This document shows, in pieces, positions 56,159 to 64,000 of a DNA stretch of 64,000 nucleotides. Each line of letters begins with the position of its first letter. The stretch's first letter is position 1. The notes under the pieces are model-generated. The model searched no databases. It was not told where the DNA came from and saw only the letters and a list, made by a program, of their open reading frames with translations. Location: the NCBI GenBank assembly GCA_905178155.1, contig CAJINV010000001.1:2718089-2782088 (forward strand), given 5' to 3'. The position numbers were made by a program, and so were the translations under genes. The DNA comes from Amoebophrya sp. A120. Its lineage: Eukaryota; Protista; Dinoflagellata.

Positions 56159-58971
56159 ATGACGGTCTTGTCGGACAACTTCACTCCGCGTTCGACACAT
56201 TCGTCGAAAAACGCGAATCATTCCGCGAAATCGACACCTCGCGGCAGTACCGCTTCACACTATGGGGACGAGAGTATACACGGCACTCCTGCAGCAGGTG
56301 TTGGACCTGCCACTGGTGGAGGATTCCAAAGAAGCATGTCCAACCACAGCATTGCGTCGTCGATTCACGGGAGTGAGCAGCACGCTGTCGACAGAACGCC
56401 TGCGGCTGTTGTAAACAATGCGAACGATGATCTTCAGGGAGACAGTAGCAAGCCACTGGGCAGTGGTGACGGGACGATCTGTACACCGACAGAAACTACA
56501 GGACCTGGGTCAGTGACCACGAGGACACCTGTAGTTGCTTCCACCCCGATCACGTCCTCTGTACTACCAACCCCGTCGTCGGCACCAGCTCCTTCCAGTA
56601 GCAGCAAGCAATCCTCGTTACCGGTAATCAGTGCTCCCACGACACGCCCCCTCATCTCCTGCCAGGGGTGCGGGAAACAGACCACGTCCGAAATGTGCTG
56701 CCCCACGTGCAACCAGTTTGGGAGGCAAAGCTTCTTCTGCACGCAGGACTGCTTCAAGAAGAACTGGAACGTGCACAAACGGCTTCACACCCTCCTGCAG
56801 CAACAGAAAGAGCTGGCGGAGAGCGAAACGGCGAGCCTGGCCTCGGACATGGCGGCCACGTCGCCAGACCACCGGTCCGAGGGACTGATGAAGCGGGGCT
56901 TGTCGCAATTACGCGACAAGGTTTTCTATCAAGTGCAAAAATCTCTGGGTCTGGAAACTTGTGATGCTGGGTGGCGTCTCATGATGAGGCTACAGATGCT
57001 GGCTCAGCATGACAAGTTTCTGAGCTCCTAGGTATTGCCTATTCTGCATGACAAAGTGCGCTTCTGCATCGCAGAAAAACGGAGCTCTTGGGTCACGTGC
57101 ATGACAGATTTAAATGTCATGCCAGACAAGCATGACAAACATGAATTCTTCCAGACCCAGACATTTTTACATTTGATATTTTCCACCAAAGCAGCAGCTC
57201 GTCCTTGTCGGTGCAGAAAAAAACGTCTTACGCCTCGCGGAGTTCCAGCAACAGCAGTAGTGTGAATGAGGAAGATCCGCAAATGGCCAATACTATCGAC
57301 GGAGAAGACGATTCCAAGAATTCGAAACCGCTGTCCACCATGTTTGGAAAATTGTTGTCTTCACAGCCCTTCTTGAACAATTTGGTGCAGCAGCTCCCGC
57401 TTTCCTCCATAAGCGTTTCGCCGTCCCGGGGTCCGAGCAAGCGCGGGCTGTTGCCAGGCGGGGGCGGGATGCAGAGTGGTGTGCACAGCCAGCAATTGAA
57501 TCACGCGGTTCTTTCGTCTGGGGCGTCCGGAGGAGGACACCAGAGTTCATACAAGCCGGGCGCTTTGGCGGCTGCCTGGAACTCTAGTAGTGACCCGGGC
57601 GGCGGGGGTGGAACGGCGTTTTCTGGTTCGCATCACGGACCGTCCAATTCAGGGAAAGTGCAAGATGTTGCAACCTCCCTACCTACTTCCCCAGCGCAGG
57701 TGTGCGCAATGGTGTTCTCTTGCTTCCTCGGCCTACCGCGCTTGCTGAAGATGCTGCTTTTTGCCTGTCTTTTCGTCTTCCTCACCATCGCCTACATCAC
57801 GCGTCGGCTCGCATCGCCAGAGATGAACGGAGCACTCGGGTCGGCGCCGGTGGGAGCGCCGATCCAGGATAACGCGAGCGCGCGGAAAGGCGCGGGCGTG
57901 TCCTTTCACCACGACCACGGCTGGACAATGGAGGACCTAGCAGAGCATCTGGAGGAGCACGAAAGAAGAATAGAGCAGCTAGAAGCCGCCCTGGCGAACT
58001 ACGAAAATGCAGGCTCGTCTTCCGGTGGAGCGTCCGTGAACGCAAGTCCCTTTGCAGCAGTCGGCAGCATTAGTGGAAGCAAAAGTAATACTCGGCCGGA
58101 AATCAGTGTGACTCCCGCTTCTTTTGCCGCGCCAGCGAGTAGTTCTCCTTCACTTGTTGTAGGTGGATCCTCCAACAGTAACATAGGCGCGGTCGTGTCG
58201 GTAGCTTCAGCAGCGAATTCTGCTGTTCGGAGTTCGACTAGTAGCGGTAACGCAGCAAGCTTTTCAGCAGAGGAGACCCAGCCTTCCGAGGGAAGCAAGC
58301 CTACGTCAGGTGAGGCCACTGGATTCGCTACTGCGCAGCAAATGAACGACATGTTCGCAGCCGTGGGTTCGCCAGCGCAGAAGACGGCTGCGGCTGCTAC
58401 TGGAGCGGTAGGACCGAACTCCGGTACAACTGCGGGAGTGGGAAACCAAGCTCCAAGCATTTTGGCTGGCACCTCCATGCCGGCGTTCGCAGCTTCGCCC
58501 GAGCCTTCGTTTTCTGAGCCGAAGGACGGTAGAGCGCCTGGCGACCCCTTTGTTGCTAATGGCCCTGCTGCTAACGGAGACGCATTCACTGCCACGAACC
58601 AGGTACAACTCATGCAACGTTGATGCGTCGAGTCGATCTTCCAAAGAAGGATGATGCAGCAAATCATTCGAATAAAAAGCGTGCGACACCAAAATGGCCA
58701 AAACTTAAGGAACCACGGATAATTAATCTCTCAGGTGCAACAGCAACGAGATGGGCCGGATTCGGCGTCCATTGGGAAGGCCATGCCCGAGGAGCAACCG
58801 TCATCATTTATGCAGGGCGGAGGTGAGCAAGAAACAGAAAATCGAAAGGCAGGAGGCACAGATGAGCACGAAAATCATCACCGCGGACTCGGATTGCCGA
58901 GACGAGAGAGTCCTGGACATTCTGACGAAAGTAGTGCATCGAATGACAGTCCAGGACAAGACAGGTTTTAA
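56159..58971 (+). CDS. zf-C6H2 (MetAP1-type, MYND-like) zinc-finger protein with a transmembrane helix and coiled coil; exons ~56159-56926, 57184-58602, 58735-58971
   Basis: CQGCGKQTTSEMCCPTCNQFGRQSFFCTQDCFKKNWNVHKRLH; TM MLLFACLFVFLTIAYIT; frame restored across the element at 56927-57178 and the GT-AG intron at 58603-58734. Confidence 0.78.
56927..57178. mobile_element. TAT...ATA introner-like element, family A (252 bp), TSD TTTTC
   Basis: 5' TATCAAGTGCAAAAATCTCTGGGTCTGGAA and 3' TTCCAGACCCAGACATTTTTACATTTGATA; TTTTC at 56922-56926 and 57179-57183; reverse-complement near-copy of 33932-34183. Confidence 0.93.
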
Positions 58972-60629
58972 GATGTGCGTTTCGAAGCGAGGAGCAACCC
59001 CACCACACATGAAAGAAAGACCGCGCTCTGCTTTCTCGAATTCACAGCGCTCAGGTTGTGTTTTTGATTCATTGTAGGTATGGCTTGAGCAAGGACTCTA
59101 CAGTACTGATGTGTTCTAACGCATGAGTGTTGTGATATGTAAATCATTGCCCTACGACGTTTGCGTTGTCTTGGATTCAGATGGGATTTGAGATGGGAGC
59201 GTTGAAGGAGGCTCTCCTTTTCTTGAGCGTCTCAAAAGGTTGCAACGACAGCTAAGCATGTATGTGTACCTGAGTGACTTCAGCGGTAAACTGCGTTCAG
59301 CTGGCTTCGGTGCGACTTCGTCACAACGTTAGAGATAGTGTCTACGGCTACCGAAAGAAGTTAGTAAAGAAATTCATATTCATTAGTTTCTTCTCGCGGA
59401 CGAGGTTCCATAGTTGGACGATTGGTATAACGTTCCACTCTTCATGTTCATCCGTAGGCATCGTCTGCCTATGAAAATTTCGAGCGAAGTTGAGTCAAAA
59501 GAGCGAGCACAAGACATACGAAGTTCTTCTTCGTGTTCGTTACATACCATCGTGCACAACGCAGACATGTGCTACTCGTGTGAATGCGCTCTATGCAGCA
59601 GCTGCATTGCTAGCATCAAAAATGGACGGAGGGCTGTTGTATGATTTACGCCCGCCGAAGCTGCTGCCGGCGGAGTGGCGCGCACGTGGCGCCGGTTTTC
59701 CTCATCCGGGGGAGCGCCGCCCAAGAAGAGTAGTCTCATCAAGACTTAAACAGCCTCCGTCACAATGCCGGCGGCGGGGCAAGCAGAAGCAAGAGGAGAG
59801 CGGCGCGCAGCCCGCCCCGGCCTTCGAAGTCTTCCAGAGGTTGGGGGCCCTCCCGCGGCGCCCTCCCCAAGCCGTGGCGCCCCCTCTGGGCGAAGTGGGT
59901 CGCCCTCGAATGGTAGCGCCCCATGTTATTGCCGGCACCCCCGGACGGGGCCAGGGCGGCCCGTCCCCCGGGCTGCCTCGTACGCGCCCCCCCCCCCCGT
60001 GGGGGGTTCTGCAGCCGCCCGCCCGGCTGGTGGTGGCTTCCAATCTTCCTCGGTCGTGTGGTCATCCGGAGGGCGCGCGCGGCCGTGTGCGTTTTGGGCG
60101 GGGGGGCTGCCCGGGGGCCCTGAGGCACCTGCACGCCGCACTGGTCGCAGTATATAATGAATGGAATCTGTTGCAGTCTGGGCGCCGTTTTATTGCCTTT
60201 ATTGGGAAAGCGGCTGCCCGGTGCCGGTGTTGGCCGCATCCCGGACTTGCGGGACCGGTATAGCAGTTGCATCTCTCGACCTTGTCATTGGTGCGACAGA
60301 CAAAGTTTAACAGTGCCCCTCCTGGAAGGGAGATTGTGTTTGTGCCAGCTGCTGGCGTAATATGACGAAGGTGCGCGTGGGAGTGTTTGGAGGGAACAGT
60401 AAAACACAAGGCCAAACGCAAACGAAGTTCAATGCTAGCGTGCACTGGCCTGCCTGAGAAAACAATGAGAGACAAACGAGTTGGAGTTGAAAAGTATTGG
60501 AGGGCGTAGACTTGCGTGTTCAACGACTCTATTTCGGAATCTGTGAGGGTATCTTTGTCGTTCTTTGTGATCGTGAAAGCACGTGTGAAGAAATCCAACG
60601 AGTTTCTTGCCAGCACCATCTCTGTTTGA

Positions 60630-63330
60630 GATTGCACCCAGAGGCCCGCGATGGTCTTGCATGCCACCGGTGGAGCAAGACTCCGTTGCGGGAAGCGGAG
60701 TCAAGGACGAGAGGAGCGTTGGCTGCTCATGCTACGCGAGAAAATGCAAAAGAGTGGCTATGCAGACTTCATCTTTTTGTCCATTGATCATTACCTTTAT
60801 CTCCTGCTTCTCCAAACACATTAGCGCCAATAGTGTCTTCTTTTGTGTGCCATTGTAAAAGTTGGACGCCACTGGCGCCACGACCTGACCGCGCTCGCCT
60901 GCGACCCCTGGATCGCTTTAGCGAGTTGCGGGGCAGTCCCGTCGATAGAGTGGCGGCCCAGCCCCTGAGTCTCGACGCCAATCGCGAAATCAAATGTGAC
61001 TCGTACATCAGAGAACGCGCCGGAGAAGGGGGCCAGCGCGGGCGAGTTCGCAAGGGCAACGCGGCCGGCGCCGGCGCTTGCCAGCCTATCGGGGGCCCTC
61101 GCTCTGCTCTGCAGCGTGAATTTGCGGCCGGTTTCTCCGCGTGGTCCTGTGCCACCAGGCACAGCGCCAGCCGCCCGGGCCATGGGCGCCGTTCCGGGCC
61201 GGCGGGCCCGCGGCCTGGCCGCGCCGGTGCCTGCTCCACAAGGCACCCGCCTTGGCACCCCTTTGCCTGCCACGAATCTACCCGCACGCAGACCGGCCGA
61301 TTAAGGTAGCACGGCCGGCGCCCGCATGTGCCTCGTTGTGGTCGCTCGCGCTGACGTGTTGCGCCGTCTTTCCAATGGCTGCATGTGGGGCGCTGCTAGG
61401 GCTGGCCGAGTGGGCCTCTCTACGTGATGTGCCAGTTCCGCTGCAGAGGCGATTGCCGCCGACCGGCACTTGGACGTCATGTGGAGACCAATTTCGCTTC
61501 GAACCTCATTCAAGAACGCTGCTGACTTCAGGGGGCTTCTGCAAGATTGTTAAGCATGAAGAAAGCTCTCTGCTATACTTGCGCTGGCAGCAAGGGAGAC
61601 TGCAGGAGAAGAGGCGCCATAGCGGCTTAACCATGTTCCTGCCTATTTTTTGGGTCGCGTGACGAGGCATCGTCATGCGACTCTTTGAGGGTGAGGACGT
61701 TCTGACGAAAAGCAACGCTCTAGAAGTACAGACCAGGAGAGCTGTCGACGCAAAACGACCGAGACAAAGGTGTGTGGAGAAATGTCAATCCTGTTTCAGC
61801 AAGAAGGCTTCGGTGGCAATCGAAGCGAGCGAGCAATAAATGATTGAAGTATAAAATACAAGGACCTACTACTTGTTGTAGGCGCCTGTGAAACTCTCAA
61901 AGCCTGAAGCCCGCCGTGGCCGAAGATGCCACCGACGAAGCAAGCCTGCAATGCCGGGAGCGGAGTGTTTAGAACGAGAAAAAGAGTGGCTATATAGTTC
62001 TACCTAAAGTAAATTTCTATTTTGATTTTACATTGCAATATATAGTTCTAGACAGCATCTTTTTGTCCATTTTTGAGATTATTTGCCTTTATCTTCTGTA
62101 CTTCCAAATGCGTTAGCGTCAAATTTTTTTTTTGGGGACTCATTGGCCCGCTGCAAAAATTGGGCGCCGCTGCTGCAGGCCGCTCTTGTCTGCGGCGCCT
62201 GTGGTGCTGACAAAGAATGCCCATTCAGCTGGACGCGAACGTTCCGAGAGGATCCGCGCCCTTTGTGGCTAGACCCGAGGGCTCCGGTGCAGGAACAAGG
62301 CCCGCCGGTGCTGTTCGCGCGCTTTGGGAGAATCCAGGGGCGCCCGCGTGTGGGGCGCAAAGCAGCCGGCGCCGGCGCCCGCCTCTTGTTGGCCCGCAGA
62401 GTTGTGCGTTGGCGGTATTATTCTGGGCGCAGCGGCGCGTGAGTTAGAGTTTGGCGGGGCGCTTCGCGCCCGTGGTGCGGCCGCGGCCCTGCCCCGGCAG
62501 GCTTGCGCGGCTCGCGCCAGTGCTCCGCCAGGCGCCCGTCTTGGCGCCCTTTTACGACAGGGTCTGCCCGTGTGCACGCCGGCGAATTGTACTGAGACAT
62601 TGCGGCCGGCGCCCGTTGTGGTCGCCGGCGCCGGCGTGTTGCGCCGTCTTTTCGGCGGCTGCCTGTAAAGTGGTGACGGGGCCGGCGGGCCGGTCGAGAA
62701 CGAAGGTCTTTCAGAATGATCTACATGGCATGTAAGTTCCCCTGCCGAGACCGACGATCGCCGTCACTCAGACGGCACGCACCTGGACGTGATGCAGAAA
62801 CCAATTTTGTTTCGCACATCATTGAAGAACATTGATTGCGGGCTTCATTGACTTCAGAGGGCTTCCGCGAGTGTGTTAAATGAAAGCTATCTTCAAGGAA
62901 GCCACTTGTCTTGCGCTTGCAGCAAGGAAGACAGCAGGACAGTGCCGTCATATTGTCGCAGCCATGTTCCTCCATGACTCATGTTCTGGCTTATGTGAGG
63001 CATCGCAATGCGGTTCTGTGAGAGCGAGGAGGCATATGGAGAAAAGCAAAACTCTAGAACTGCAGACCACGAGAGCTGCCGACGCAAAACAATGGACACA
63101 AAGCTATGCCGAGAGATTTAACGCCTCTTGCAGCATGGAGGCAGGCTTCGGTAGCAAGACTTGAAGCGAAGCAGAAGTATTACTGTATATTAAAGTATCG
63201 CGTACTAGTTGTAGGCACCTGTGAAACTAACTCGCGAAGCCAGAGGCCCTCGGTGGTCGAACATGCCACCGACGGACCAAGACTCCGTTGCGGGGAGCGG
63301 AGTTTTCACGCCTAACGAGTCCGCAGTCTT
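60630..63330 (+). repeat. Degenerate ~1.3 kb tandem repeat (two units plus a partial), each with a GC-rich core
   Basis: Anchor motif GCCACCG...CAAG...AGCGGAGT at 60663, 61928 and 63265; CATCTTTTTGTCCAT at ~60770 and ~62056; GTGTTGCGCCGTCTTT at ~61356 and ~62636; CTCTAGAA...CAGACCA.GAGAGCTG.CGACGCAAAAC at ~61718 and ~63052. Confidence 0.8.
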
Positions 63331-63549
63331 GCCTGTCACGGATTCTCGCACACACGCAAACTCGTGGGACACTTACGACATCGCTACTCCGCAGAACAAC
63401 AAAACATACCGAGAAAAGATGGCGGACGTAAGTACTTTTTTCGATGCGGCGCACTCCTTGAGCGATTGTTTCTGTAAATATGTTTTCTTTTGTACTTCGA
63501 ACTAGTTTTCCAGTTTAAGGAAGTTTAAGTTTGACTCATCTGCAACGCA

Positions 63550-63850
63550 GTGAGCAAACTGAAATCAAGCGCGAACCTGAAAATAAAATCTTACCCCACC
63601 GAACAGATGCAGAAGGAGCGGAACCAGCAGGTGCGGCAGTACATCCGCGACGAAGCGGAGCAAAAGTACACGATCATCACTTTGGAGGAGAACCTGCAGG
63701 ACAAGATCCGCAAGCTGCGCGCGGCGCACGCGGAGATCGCCCGGCTGCAGGAGATCCTCCGAAAGAACGGGCTGGAGGCCGAGGTCGTGCGGGGGTGCCG
63801 CTACAATTCCGTCGGGGCCATCGACGAGGAAGTGGTCCCGGAGGAGGAGG
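63550..63850 (+). CDS. Partial coiled-coil protein exon, interrupted by an element and continuing beyond the window
   Basis: GC3-rich ORF EQMQKERNQQVRQYIRDEAE...LQDKIRKLRAAHAEIARLQEIL; the 5' end is unresolved. Confidence 0.6.
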
Positions 63851-64000
63851 TATGGATTGCAAATATGTCTGGGTCCGAAAGATTCCGAGATTTGTCACGC
63901 AGTTTTTCCAAGCTCCGCCAAGGCTGGAATGCAGGGCATAGCATCACAGGTTCTGCATCTGCAGCTCGTTGGTGATACCTATTCTGCATGAGAAATGGTC
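63851..64000. mobile_element. Family A introner-like element truncated by the window end (left flank GGAGG)
   Basis: TATGGATTGCAAATATGTCTGGGTCCG; the body is the reverse complement of the 3' part of the element at 1673-1935. Confidence 0.85.

Noticed and set aside
510-58623. Interpreting the broken ORFs as pseudogenes or as many separate small genes
   Set aside because: Every break is explained by a GT-AG intron or a TIR element whose removal restores the frame and conserved motifs.
59490-62735. ORFs in the GC-rich repeat region
   Set aside because: The same GC artefact applies, and frames are not conserved between repeat units.
63282-63310. Hairpin as a Helitron 3' end
   Set aside because: No CTRR terminus lies shortly downstream, and no matching 5' TC end could be identified.

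Overview
Eukaryotic, gene-dense 64 kb window with about 13 protein-coding genes, all on the + strand. The architecture strongly resembles Syndiniales dinoflagellates such as Amoebophrya; this taxon call is an inference from genome structure. The genes are a diacylglycerol kinase, a large secreted GT61-like glycosyltransferase, two tandem Upf1/Sen1-like SF1 helicases, a SAM methyltransferase, an RGG/RS-rich protein, a FAM194-thioredoxin-pseudo-receiver fusion, a membrane protein, an MFS transporter, a giant EF-hand-like protein, a FkbM-like methyltransferase, a zf-C6H2 membrane protein and a partial coiled-coil gene. The dominant signal is a set of 21 short non-autonomous elements (about 205-340 bp; 20 complete, one cut by the window end). 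They begin TAT, end ATA (one ends ACA), carry 25-40 bp imperfect terminal inverted repeats and are flanked by 5-bp target-site duplications. All lie inside coding sequence, and removing element plus one TSD restores the host reading frame, so they behave as transposon-derived non-canonical introns (introners). They fall into at least five TIR families, occur in both orientations and share an internal TGTCATG/CATGACA motif. One is nested in the end of another, one hosts a 1.6 kb TTA-flanked foldback element, and one marks an intron gain relative to an intron-free tandem paralogue. About 13 ordinary GT-AG introns coexist with them. All exon structures were derived by eye, without transcript data.
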